DNA from: Alloprevotella sp.
GTDB lineage: Bacteria > Bacteroidota > Bacteroidia > Bacteroidales > Bacteroidaceae
DNA: 64,000 bases
Direction of reading: 5' to 3'
Assembly: GCA_017446765.1 (NCBI GenBank)
Contig: JAFSQD010000027.1
Span: 2,772 to 66,771 of the forward strand
Positions 1 to 8,599 of this stretch are shown here, piece after piece. The first letter of the stretch is position 1, and the number at the start of each line of letters is the position of its first letter. Below the pieces are notes generated by a model. That model was not told the origin of the DNA. It saw only the letters and a list, made by a program, of their open reading frames with translations, and searched no databases. Made by a program: the position numbers and the translations under genes.

Positions 1-364
1 TGTTTTGCGGGCGGGCGGTGGGAAGGACATCGGGCGGAAGCGTCTCAAGGAAGTCGTCGATGAGGAGTTGTGTGCGCGAGGTGCCCATGGCGGTGTCTAC
101 CGGAGTCGTGGGCTGGGCGGCGGGCTGGGCTGTCTGGTCCATGGGGCCTTCCACCATCTCGTAGAGCACGCGGCGGTCAGGCAGAAAGAGGGCAGCGCGC
201 CGCACTTCCTCACCGAAGGAAGGGTCGCGGAGCAGGAAGAGATTCTGTACAAACAGCAATCGCGCAGCATGATAATAGGGGTGCTGCGCTACTTCCTGCC
301 GCAGGAGGTAGAGGCTTTCCTTGCCGAGTTGTTCGGGATGGTCAATGTAGTGGGTCAGGTCCAT
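1..364 (-). CDS. Conserved Bacteroidales protein downstream of lptE (probable TPR protein), 5' part only; runs off the window
   Basis: Not in the ORF track. Manual translation from ATG at 364 gives MDLTHYIDHPEQLGKESLYLLRQEVAQHPYYHAARLLFVQNLFLLRDPSFGEEVRRAALFLPDRRVLYEMVE..., open to the window edge. Position matches the usual sigma54 activator-lptE-TPR order. Confidence 0.7.
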   Translation of the reverse strand, partial: MDLTHYIDHPEQLGKESLYLLRQEVAQHPYYHAARLLFVQNLFLLRDPSFGEEVRRAALFLPDRRVLYEMVEGPMDQTAQPAAQPTTPVDTAMGTSRTQLLIDDFLETLPPDVLPTARPQN

Positions 365-407
365 GTGGAGAGGTGTTGCAGAGGGAGGGAGAGCGCTTGC
401 AATGGGA

Positions 408-923
408 TTACCAATCGGCCACGGTGGCATTGAATATCTGGTCAATGATGTCGTTAATCATCTCCGTGACGAGTTGTTCCTGCACGGCTGAGAGTTGCTG
501 ACTGGCGTTATACTGTGTGGTAGCCGAGAACTGTCGTTCCCAGTTCTGGTTCATCTTTGGATTCTCGAAGCGGATGTTGACAGTAAGCTTCAGTTGGACT
601 TGGGAGGAGTAGCCGTCGGCCGAAATGGCTTTGTTGAACTGGTCGTAGGCCGTGATTTCACCGCTGATGTGCATGTCGCCGCCACGTTTGACGAGCTTAA
701 GTCGCGTCTGGTTGGCGTATCGATCTTGCAGTTTGTTGTTGAACATGCTTTCCATCGGTGCCCAACCATAGGGGGCGCGGTTTGCGACGTTGTCAAGCTG
801 GATGGTCTTGATGACGTCGTAGTTGATGGACGTGCCGGTGAAGCTATAGCTCACGCTGCAAGCGGTCAGCAACACCGTCGTGACGAGAAGCATGAGCGCG
901 AGGGTCTTAGTCTTCCAAGCCAT
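408..923 (-). CDS. lptE: LptE family LPS-assembly lipoprotein
   Basis: Start reassigned to MAWKTKTLALMLLVTTVLLTAC (lipobox LTAC). Contains YSFTGTSI and the C-terminal DIIDQIFNATVADW typical of Bacteroidetes LptE. Overlaps the upstream activator gene. Confidence 0.85.
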   Translation of the reverse strand: MAWKTKTLALMLLVTTVLLTACSVSYSFTGTSINYDVIKTIQLDNVANRAPYGWAPMESMFNNKLQDRYANQTRLKLVKRGGDMHISGEITAYDQFNKAISADGYSSQVQLKLTVNIRFENPKMNQNWERQFSATTQYNASQQLSAVQEQLVTEMINDIIDQIFNATVADW

Positions 924-2097
924 ATTCCTTGATTTTGCGGTAAAGCGTGCGGTCCGAGATGCCCAGCTGGCGCGCGGTGTCCTTACGACGGCCTCCGTTG
1001 CGATGGAGGGTGGCGCGTATGAGTTCACGCTCGGTGTCTTCGAGCGAGAGGGGCTGGTGGGTGGCGGTATCCTCGGGGATTTCCTCGGCCTCGGCAAAGG
1101 GTGCCAGGTCGGTGTCTGGCATTGAGGGGGAGTCGTCGTCGCGTACGTAGGGCACGAGGGCGCGGGGGCCGGCGGGACGTCCGCCTCTGAGCCCCACGAC
1201 CTGCTGCAACTCGCTGACGTCGCGCCGCAGCTCGAGAATGAGCTGGTAAATCTGCTCCAGATCGTGGCCTGAGGATTCGTGGGGCAGGGCCACAAGATCG
1301 CGGCGATGGGCCGCTGGCAGATAGCTGCGCAGGGTGTCGGCCGTAATCTCGCGCTCCTCGCTCGTCACGCTGAGGCTTTCGACGAGGTTCTTGAGCTGAC
1401 GCACGTTGCCGGGCCAGGCATAGGCCTTGAGCGCATGTTGGGCATCGGCGGTCAGGCGTATGGGGGCCATACGATACTTTTCGCTCACGTCGAGGGCAAA
1501 CTTGCGAAAGAGCAGTACGATGTCGTCGCCGCGTTCGCGAAGTGGGGGCACTGAGAGGCGCACGGCACAGAGGCGGTAGTAGAGGTCCTGGCGAAACTTG
1601 CCTTCCTCCACGGCTCGTTCCATGTCGACATTGGTCGCGGCGACGATGCGCACGTTGGTCTTTCTGACCTCACTGCTCCCGACGGGGATGTACTCGCCGG
1701 TCTCGAGCACGCGCAGCAGGCGTGCCTGCGTCGAGAGGGGCAATTCGCCCACTTCGTCAAGGAAGAGGGTGCCACCGTTGGCCACGGAGAAATAGCCCTC
1801 GCGCTTATCCACGGCACTCGTAAAGGCTCCCTTCTCGTGGCCGAAGAGCTCGGAGTCGATGGTGCCCTCGGGAATGGCGCCGCAGTTCAGGGCAAGGTAT
1901 CGCTTTTGCTTGCGCAGACTGTTGTCGTGGATGATGCGGGGAATGACTTCCTTGCCCACGCCGTTCTCGCCTTCCACGAGTACGGAGATGTCCACGGGGG
2001 CTATCTTCAGCGCCACTTCCACGGCGCGGTTCAGGCCCTCGGCATTACCGATGATGTCGTATCGGCGTTTCGTCGATTGTATCTGCGAATCGTTCAA
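907..2097 (-). CDS. Sigma54-dependent Fis-family transcriptional activator without a receiver domain
   Basis: Walker A GENGVGKE, ELFGHEKGAFTSA, Walker B LFLDEVGE, FRQDLYYRL, WPGNVRQLKN, C-terminal Fis HTH TARQLGISDRTLYRKIKEYG. Confidence 0.93.
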   Translation of the reverse strand: MNDSQIQSTKRRYDIIGNAEGLNRAVEVALKIAPVDISVLVEGENGVGKEVIPRIIHDNSLRKQKRYLALNCGAIPEGTIDSELFGHEKGAFTSAVDKREGYFSVANGGTLFLDEVGELPLSTQARLLRVLETGEYIPVGSSEVRKTNVRIVAATNVDMERAVEEGKFRQDLYYRLCAVRLSVPPLRERGDDIVLLFRKFALDVSEKYRMAPIRLTADAQHALKAYAWPGNVRQLKNLVESLSVTSEEREITADTLRSYLPAAHRRDLVALPHESSGHDLEQIYQLILELRRDVSELQQVVGLRGGRPAGPRALVPYVRDDDSPSMPDTDLAPFAEAEEIPEDTATHQPLSLEDTERELIRATLHRNGGRRKDTARQLGISDRTLYRKIKEYGLED

Positions 2098-2143
2098 TGC
2101 TCTATTGATAATAATTATCCCCCGACTCCTTGCGTCGGGACGG

Positions 2144-2151
2144 CAAAGGTA
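2144..2151 (-). promoter_or_regulatory. Bacteroidetes -7 promoter element for the activator-lptE operon
   Basis: TACCTTTG on the minus strand, ~47 nt upstream of the start codon. Confidence 0.6.
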
Positions 2152-2233
2152 GGAAATCCGTCAAAAAAGGACAAACGAAAAAATCAAAAAACGGCTTGCG
2201 AAGGCCTTGCGAAGGCTTTGCTTTCCTCCGGAA

Positions 2234-3973
2234 TCAGAGCGTCACCATGCGGACAAAGCGACTGAGGGCGTACATGTCGGCGGCTCCACCAGGGGAGATG
2301 CCGCGCGACGTCCAGTCGGCGTTGAGGCGCTGAAGGTCAGCATCGGTGAAGCCTTCGTCCAGACGGCGAGCGGCGGTCTGCCTGACCTCCCGGGCCACGT
2401 CGGCACCGCATCGGAAGAGCACGTTGGTGTCGTCAATGTGGGCAATGATGCTCAGGAGGCAGGCCATGCCCTCGCCTTTGGCCTCAAAGGCGGCAGGAAA
2501 ACCCTCGCGCGCGCTTTCAATGGCTGTTTTCACTCCGGGATAGCGACGGCGCACCTCGGCTCCGTGGGTGCCATGGGCTTCGGGAAAGGAGCGGGCAAGG
2601 GTGCGGATGGTGTCCTGAAGGCTTTCGGGAGAGATGGTGGCACCCTCGGCGGAGGTGTCGCAAAGTATGGCGGCGGCCGCCACAGCAAGTCCGAGGCTGA
2701 AGAGCGCACCGCGATGGGTGTTGACGCCCCCGGTGGCTTCCAGCATGGCGCGTTCGGCCTTCATGCCGAGCCTCTGCAAATGCGGGACAAGGGCATGAGA
2801 TGGAGCCATGCGGCACGAGGAATGAGCCAGCCCGGCTATCTGCCAGAACCATGGACGCAAGGCGCGTATGCTGCGGAGCATCAGCGCGTGGTCCATGTCG
2901 GCATGGGCTCCATTGTCGTGACAATCCACGAGGCCGGGCTTGGGCGTGAGATCCAATTCGTCGCGCAGGGCGCAGCAGGCGTAGTGGGCAAGGACGTAGG
3001 GAAGCGACGTGGGCGGCACCATTTGCCAGGCACCTCGACGTGCGAGGGAGGCGGAAATGGGCGTTCCCAGGGCTTCGAAGCGTGGCGTTTCCACGACTTC
3101 CACGGTGTGCTGATGCTCTGCATCGTTGCCGCAGGCGGCGAGGTGGCGTACGAGGGTCGCGTTGTACTGCCGCGTCAGGGCGTCATCGGGCTCGCTGCCC
3201 ACGAAACGGACGTCGGCACCAAGCGCAGGGGCTATGTGACGGCGGAAGAGGTCGGCGTCAAGCTGCATCTGCGTGGTGGCGGCATCGGACGTCTGTTTCA
3301 GGAAATAGGAGGGAAAGGTGGCTGCAGAGATTGCGTAGGGACCCGTTGGAACGACGCATACGCTGGAAAGGTGCGAAGTGCCAGCCTCGACCATCACCAT
3401 GCGCTCGCCGTAGGGAAAGTCGCTGCGTTCCTCGCTGACCACCATCACCACAAGGCGTTCCACCTGCGCGGCCGCCCATTCGACAAGGCGCTGGTGGCCA
3501 AAGGTGAAGGGATTGGCGTTCATCACGATGACGCCGAGGCGCCCACAGTCGACGCGAAGGCTCCTGAGGCTACCGAAATAGCGTTGGAAGCGCTGTGTTC
3601 TGCTCTCCATGAGCACGGCATGCGGCGCGGCGGCCAGAAGGACGTAGCCCAAGTCGCGGAACAGGGGAAGGTGCTCGGGTTTTGTATAGACCATCGTCGT
3701 CGGGTGCCCCTGCTCGGCCGCCAGACTCTGCAGGCGGCTGACGAGACGCGCCATCAGCCCTTCGCCCCTCACCTCGGGACTGACGGCCATACACTTGATG
3801 ACACCTCCCTCAAGGCCACCGCCACCCACAAGGCGGTCGTCCGCCGAGAAGATGCCCAGATAGGTATCCACAGGGTCGAGACGCAGGCCACACGTGGCGA
3901 GAAAGTGCTCCACGCGGCGGCGCTGAAAATCGAGCGAGAGGGGCAGTTGGCGTAGTTCGTAGTCGCTGTACAT
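2234..3973 (-). CDS. citC-citG: Fused [citrate (pro-3S)-lyase] ligase CitC / triphosphoribosyl-dephospho-CoA synthase CitG
   Basis: N-terminal GNAT (IKCMAVSPEVRGEGL), CitC nucleotidyltransferase motifs VMNANPFTFGH, YAISAATFPSYFLK and ISAS, then CitG motifs ELDLTPKPGLVD, GVNTHRGALF and ISPGGAAD. Start placed at MYSDY, downstream of the -7 element at 4000-4007. Confidence 0.88.
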   Translation of the reverse strand: MYSDYELRQLPLSLDFQRRRVEHFLATCGLRLDPVDTYLGIFSADDRLVGGGGLEGGVIKCMAVSPEVRGEGLMARLVSRLQSLAAEQGHPTTMVYTKPEHLPLFRDLGYVLLAAAPHAVLMESRTQRFQRYFGSLRSLRVDCGRLGVIVMNANPFTFGHQRLVEWAAAQVERLVVMVVSEERSDFPYGERMVMVEAGTSHLSSVCVVPTGPYAISAATFPSYFLKQTSDAATTQMQLDADLFRRHIAPALGADVRFVGSEPDDALTRQYNATLVRHLAACGNDAEHQHTVEVVETPRFEALGTPISASLARRGAWQMVPPTSLPYVLAHYACCALRDELDLTPKPGLVDCHDNGAHADMDHALMLRSIRALRPWFWQIAGLAHSSCRMAPSHALVPHLQRLGMKAERAMLEATGGVNTHRGALFSLGLAVAAAAILCDTSAEGATISPESLQDTIRTLARSFPEAHGTHGAEVRRRYPGVKTAIESAREGFPAAFEAKGEGMACLLSIIAHIDDTNVLFRCGADVAREVRQTAARRLDEGFTDADLQRLNADWTSRGISPGGAADMYALSRFVRMVTL

Positions 3974-4196
3974 GGGTCGGCAAGCTTTCGTTTCAGCCAC
4001 AAAGGTACAAAAGTCGGTCATAATATCCCCACACCCCGCCGTCTTTTCGCATTTTCATGCCCCAAGATGCGCCTCGGACGAGCGAGTTTGTCCCTGTCAA
4101 AACCGACATATTGCGAAAGAAAATGAAAGTCGGCTTTGCAGAAAAAACACTTAAAGCCACAAAATACGCCAATTTCCTGCTTTTTTCAAAAAAAGG

Positions 4197-4228
4197 TTTG
4201 CTTGCATGCCTAAGCGCCCGTATCTTTG
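4197..4228 (+). promoter_or_regulatory. Consensus Bacteroidetes sigmaA promoter (-33 TTTG / -7 TATCTTTG)
   Basis: TTTG at 4197-4200, 20-nt spacer, TATCTTTG at 4221-4228. Confidence 0.75.
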
Positions 4229-4231
4229 CAC

Positions 4232-4297
4232 TGTTTTTCATGGTATTAGATTTAAGGTTAGTAAAGATTGGTTGTCGTGAGACAATCAATTTTTTTG
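4232..4297 (+). ncRNA. Candidate small RNA (~65 nt) with intrinsic terminator
   Basis: Follows a perfect promoter. AU-rich body TGTTTTTCATGGTATTAGATTTAAGGTTAG, then hairpin ATTGGTTGTC-GTGA-GACAATCAAT (4267-4290) and a T-run. No credible ORF inside. Confidence 0.65.
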
Positions 4298-4380
4298 TTT
4301 ATACCCCTCGCTGAACCTACCGTGCGGCTTTGCCGGAAGGGCATGCGGCGCGTGCCTCAAAACGAGAAGGCTTACAAAAA

Positions 4381-4470
4381 AATCCGTTTGCGCAAACGGA
4401 TTATTTTGTTTGCGCAAACGAATCAATCCGTAAGGCCTGCAAATCGATTAAGAGGCCTTACGGATTCATT
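4381..4470. repeat. Palindromic REP-like cluster, same family as 15163-15250
   Basis: Perfect 22-bp palindrome AATCCGTTTGCGCAAACGGATT (4381-4402). 14-bp inverted repeat at 4425-4438/4453-4466. 24 nt (4411-4434) match the reverse complement of the second 15.2-kb repeat unit. Confidence 0.8.
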
Positions 4471-4505
4471 ATGTCGTACAGAGGGTACCCCCTTTGCGCC
4501 AACGG

Positions 4506-5129
4506 TCAGATTTTGTCGCCGTGGAGAATTTTTTCGATGTAGATGCGCATGATTTCGATGGCACGCGTGTTGTTGCCGCCCTGGGGAATGATGATGTCGG
4601 CAAACTCCTTCGTGGGCTCGATGAACTGCTTGTGCATGGGTTTCAGGACGCTGCGATAGCGTTCCATCACCATGCGAGCCGTGCGTCCGCGCTCGATGAC
4701 GTCGCGCTCCATGACGCGGATGAGCCGTTCGTCGGGGCCTGCGTCCACGAAGATGCGAAGGTCCATCATTTTGCGCAATTCGGGACGATAGAGCGCCATG
4801 ATGCCCTCGATGATGATGACTTCCGATGGTTCCACGTGTATGGTCTCGGAGGTGCGGTCACAGGAGAGCATGGAATAGACAGGCTGTTCGATGGCCTTGC
4901 CCTGGCGCAACTGACGCACTTGTTCCTCGAGAAGGTCCCAGTCGAAAGCATCGGGATGGTCGAAATTCTTCTTTCTTAACTGTTCAAGGGGCACGCCGGG
5001 CTGTGCAGCCTTATAGTAGGAATCCTGTGGAACTACGGAAACGCGGCCCGCGGGGAGCTGCTCGATGATTTTTCTCACGACGGTGGTTTTTCCGGAACCC
5101 GTACCGCCTGCGATACCTATGATTATCAT
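4506..5129 (-). CDS. udk: Uridine kinase
   Basis: IIGIAGGTGSGKTT, NFDHPDAFD, IIIEGI, RDVIERGR, PMHKQFIEPTK. Confidence 0.95.
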   Translation of the reverse strand: MIIIGIAGGTGSGKTTVVRKIIEQLPAGRVSVVPQDSYYKAAQPGVPLEQLRKKNFDHPDAFDWDLLEEQVRQLRQGKAIEQPVYSMLSCDRTSETIHVEPSEVIIIEGIMALYRPELRKMMDLRIFVDAGPDERLIRVMERDVIERGRTARMVMERYRSVLKPMHKQFIEPTKEFADIIIPQGGNNTRAIEIMRIYIEKILHGDKI

Positions 5130-5223
5130 AACAAAGAGAATTGACAGCGCGAAGATAAGAAAAGGAAATAAAAAAAGCCGCACGCGGCGGCCGATTTTTT
5201 TGTTTTTACAAAGAAAATGATTT

Positions 5224-7794
5224 TCACCCCTTCTCGACGTGTTCTCTTCCCACCCATCCGCGCTCACCATCGGGCAACTCTACTTCGAAGGCGGTCCGCG
5301 TGCTGTCGGTCAGCGTGACTGCCACGCCGCCATGGAGTTCGCGCAACTGGCGACTCTGGGGCGCGGAGGCTTCGCGGAGGGGCACGCTGGGAGCCGTGAG
5401 CACAGCACGATGCAGGTGGCTATAGTCGTGGCGTAGGCTGAATGCGCATGCCTGTGCCACGAGGAAGCACAGGGCGGCAGCCAATGCGCCGAAGAATCCC
5501 GTCTTTCTCAGCGCAGGACGCTCGGAGAGCTGGTAGAGGCCGAGGCCGAGGAGGGCAAGCAGAAAAAGGCAGATGCCTACACCCCCCCATGCGTCGGCAC
5601 TGAAGAGGTTACGCAGGTTGCGCGTCCAGGTGACGAAAAACATCTCGTGGCGCGGTTGGAAGCGGTCGGGCAACTTCGTGGCGCATAGTGCCAGGTCGTG
5701 ACGAAGCGACTTGTCGGCCGGACGAAGGCGAAGGGCGCGTTCGTAGTACAAGACGGCGCGGGCTATGTCGTTCATGCGATAGTGGGCATTGCCCAGGTTG
5801 CGGTAGAGAGCCGCACTGGGACCGTCCACGAGGGCTGAGTCGTAGGCGGCGACGGCCTCTACATAGCGCTGGCAGTCGTAGAGGCTGTCGCCCACGTGCT
5901 TCAGCGAGTCGGCGCGGGGCGTGGCATTGGCCTGGGGCGAAGCTGCAAACGTCAGCAGGAGGAGCAGGAGGGAGAGCGAGGGCTTCATCGTTTTCTTTTC
6001 AAGGCGCACGGACTCAAGGCCTCCGATGGCTGTGGCGGCAAGGTCGTAGAGTGCGCGGCGGTCGTGGGTTGTCGAAGGGGCAAAACGTGCCATGTCGCAC
6101 TGTGCGAGAGCCTCCTCAAAGTGACGGGCAGCCTCAGCGGGCAGTCTCGTGTCGGAAAGGATTTCGCGGATGCGCTCACGGGTGCGCTCGGAGCGGTCAA
6201 GGCCGAACTTGTCGCCCAGGTATTCCTCCAGGGCATGCGCCATTTCGTCATAGAAAGCAGCAGGCGGCGAGTTTGTATCGGCCAACAGACGCTCGGCCTG
6301 GCGCAGACGGCGACTGACGGTGCGCCCGGCACGGCGGCGGCGCTGCCCGTCGTGGTCGGCACGGGCCTCAAGGTGGCGGCTGAGGAGCGGACGAAGCAGG
6401 AAATAGGCGGCAAGCAGCAGGAGCAGAAGCAGCCAGTAGCTCCACGTGCCCCACCAGAAGGGACTTGCCAAGGAGAAGTCGCCCGCGTCGCCGCGCTCTA
6501 TGGGGGCGATATCACTCTCGCGAAGCAGGCGCTCGGCCTCCACGTCGGCTGCAGGGCGGTCGTCGGGCTTCACGTCGAGGGAGATGGGGTCGGTGCGGAG
6601 GGTCTCATATTGCCGCGTCTGCGTGTTGAAATACGTCAGTGTGAGGGCAGGAATCTCGTAGCGTCCGGCATTGCGAGGCACGAAGGCGTAGTCAAAGTTG
6701 ACCGTGCCCACGCTGCCTTCACGCGAGAGGCGCGTGCTGTCGGCCGTCTTGGGCGGATAGGTCTCAAAGTCGCGTGGGAAGCTGACGGCGGGTGCCGAGA
6801 GCTGGTTGAGGTTGCCCACGCCACGGAGCGAAAGGCGCAGCGTGGCCACGTCGTTGGCACGTATCTCCTGCGTCAGGAGTGCCGCGCTAAGCTTCATCTG
6901 CCCCACCCCGCCGCTGAAGTCGGCAGGCCGAGGCTCGGGCAGGGCGTTGACATGGAGGCTGAGGGGTTTCGTCTGGCGGTTCACCTGCACACTGGTACGC
7001 ATGGAAGCATCGTTGAAGATGGCATCGAGGATGTCCTGAGGCGCGTGTTGCTGCACAACGGTGAAGCGTACGGGGATGGCAGGTATCGTGAAGCTTCCCG
7101 CAGCCGACGGGATGAAGAGAAACGAGCCGATGGTGCCCACCTTGTAGCTGCGACCTCCGCGTGTGACGGTCTCCATCTGCGCAGGTCCGGTGTTCACGCT
7201 CTGCATCGCGGCATTGGCCACCTCGGGAACGCCGTCGGGAAAATAGGGACTGGAGGCTGTCACGCCTGCAGCCACATAGAGTCGAACGTGCATGAGGATG
7301 GGTTGGTTCTCAAAGACGACGGTGCGTTCGGGCACAAGCTCGACAAAACAGTCGCCTTCCGTCACACGGCTGCCGGCACGTTGCATGTCGGGCGAAGGCG
7401 TGGCGACTGATGGTGGGCGGAGGTCGGTGACGGTGAGTTGGAACGCGTTGGAGGTGAGGGTGCGCCCCTCAGACTTGACGGTGGCAGCCGGAAAGCTGAA
7501 CTTCCCGACGTGCTGTGCCTGGATGACGATGGAAATGTTCGTGCCGCGCTCGTCGGTGCGCCGGCCGTTGATGATGGTCGTGCTGGAAAAGCTACTCTTC
7601 GTGGGCCGGCTCAGCTGCTGGATGCCGGCGGGGAGCTGAAGGTGGACGGTGGAAGCGTCCACGTCGGCATCGACCGTGTAGCGTAGTTGCACGGGAACGC
7701 CTATCTCGACCGAGCGTGGCGGCTGAATGGTCATGCGCTGTGCCACGAGCAGGGCGGGAACGAGGAGTAGGAGGGTGAGGAGACGGTATCGCAT
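5224..7794 (-). CDS. batD: BatD-BatE fusion (BatD Ig-like repeats + TM + TPR/SH3 BatE)
   Basis: Signal peptide, BatD-type repeats (FSGGVG...GVGNL...FETYPP), TM, then an internal signal-like MKPSLSLLLLLL and the BatE TPR (LYRNLGNAHYRMNDIARAVLYYERAL) and SH3-like end (ELHGG...GERGWV). Last gene of the bat operon. Confidence 0.85.
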   Translation of the reverse strand: MRYRLLTLLLLVPALLVAQRMTIQPPRSVEIGVPVQLRYTVDADVDASTVHLQLPAGIQQLSRPTKSSFSSTTIINGRRTDERGTNISIVIQAQHVGKFSFPAATVKSEGRTLTSNAFQLTVTDLRPPSVATPSPDMQRAGSRVTEGDCFVELVPERTVVFENQPILMHVRLYVAAGVTASSPYFPDGVPEVANAAMQSVNTGPAQMETVTRGGRSYKVGTIGSFLFIPSAAGSFTIPAIPVRFTVVQQHAPQDILDAIFNDASMRTSVQVNRQTKPLSLHVNALPEPRPADFSGGVGQMKLSAALLTQEIRANDVATLRLSLRGVGNLNQLSAPAVSFPRDFETYPPKTADSTRLSREGSVGTVNFDYAFVPRNAGRYEIPALTLTYFNTQTRQYETLRTDPISLDVKPDDRPAADVEAERLLRESDIAPIERGDAGDFSLASPFWWGTWSYWLLLLLLLAAYFLLRPLLSRHLEARADHDGQRRRRAGRTVSRRLRQAERLLADTNSPPAAFYDEMAHALEEYLGDKFGLDRSERTRERIREILSDTRLPAEAARHFEEALAQCDMARFAPSTTHDRRALYDLAATAIGGLESVRLEKKTMKPSLSLLLLLLTFAASPQANATPRADSLKHVGDSLYDCQRYVEAVAAYDSALVDGPSAALYRNLGNAHYRMNDIARAVLYYERALRLRPADKSLRHDLALCATKLPDRFQPRHEMFFVTWTRNLRNLFSADAWGGVGICLFLLALLGLGLYQLSERPALRKTGFFGALAAALCFLVAQACAFSLRHDYSHLHRAVLTAPSVPLREASAPQSRQLRELHGGVAVTLTDSTRTAFEVELPDGERGWVGREHVEKG

Positions 7795-7836
7795 CGTGTG
7801 TATGGGCGTAAAGGGAAAGATTCAGAGGGCGCGTAG

Positions 7837-8574
7837 CTACCAGTTTTTCTCCTGTCGCTGCCCTCGGCGGGGCGTGGCATTCACGCGGTCGCGCGTCTGC
7901 TGTTCGGCCTGACGCGAGAGGTTCAGGAGCTGCTGGGTCTGTGGCGAGCGTTGGTCGCGTTGGTCCTCGGGTTGCTGCGGCTGTTGCTGGTCCTGCTGTT
8001 GTTTCTGCTGATCCTGCTGTTGCTTTTGCTGATCCTGCTGTTGCTTCTGCTGGTCCTGGGATTGCTGGTCCTGCTGGTTTTGCTGGTTTTGGGGGTTGTT
8101 TTTTTCCTCGTCCTTGAGCTGTTTCTGGCACAGTGCGAGGTTGTAGCGGGCATTGTCGTCGTGAGGGTTGGCACGCAGTGCGTCCTTGTAGTGGTCGATG
8201 GCCTGGCGCAGATACTGCTGCTTTTCCTCGGGCTTGCAGCTGAGGGCTGTCGACTGGGCGATATATCCCTGGTTGTAGCAGGCCATGGCTCGCAGGTCGG
8301 GCTCGGAGGCCAGTTCGGCAGCCTGCTGGAAAAGGGGCATGGCCGCGTTGGCATCGTGCTGTCCCATCGTGGCCGTGGCGAGATTGAACACGGTGCGGGC
8401 GTCCTCGGGTTTCAGTGCCTCGGCACGGCTGTACCTTTCGGCAGCCTCCTTGTAGTCTTCCTTCCCGAAAAGCGCGTTGCCCTTACGCATCAGCATCCAG
8501 TGGCGCGTCTGGGCACTCGCTTGGAGGCCGATGGCCAAAAGGAGCATGATGGAAAGTATCTGTTTTGTCTTCAT
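7837..8574 (-). CDS. batC: BatC TPR protein with Gln-rich linker
   Basis: Signal peptide MKTKQILSIMLLLAIG, TPRs, YKDALRANPHDDNARYNLA, QQDQQKQ repeats, C-terminal EKNW. Start may be 8580 or 8592. Confidence 0.85.
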   Translation of the reverse strand: MKTKQILSIMLLLAIGLQASAQTRHWMLMRKGNALFGKEDYKEAAERYSRAEALKPEDARTVFNLATATMGQHDANAAMPLFQQAAELASEPDLRAMACYNQGYIAQSTALSCKPEEKQQYLRQAIDHYKDALRANPHDDNARYNLALCQKQLKDEEKNNPQNQQNQQDQQSQDQQKQQQDQQKQQQDQQKQQQDQQQPQQPEDQRDQRSPQTQQLLNLSRQAEQQTRDRVNATPRRGQRQEKNW

Positions 8575-8599
8575 AAGCATTTCAGAAAACATGGTTTTC

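Noticed and set aside
924-1295. N-terminal extension of lptE in the ORF track
   Set aside because: Lies within the activator gene; the lipoprotein signal begins at 923.
2207-3955. 582-aa plus-strand ORF, and similar long antisense ORFs at 5896-7410, 17052-18671, 26739-28379 and 48967-50316
   Set aside because: Shadow frames of well-supported opposite-strand genes, expected with strong GC3 bias; no recognisable motifs.
7975-8100. Gln-rich 21-bp coding repeats in batC
   Set aside because: Normal low-complexity BatC linker.
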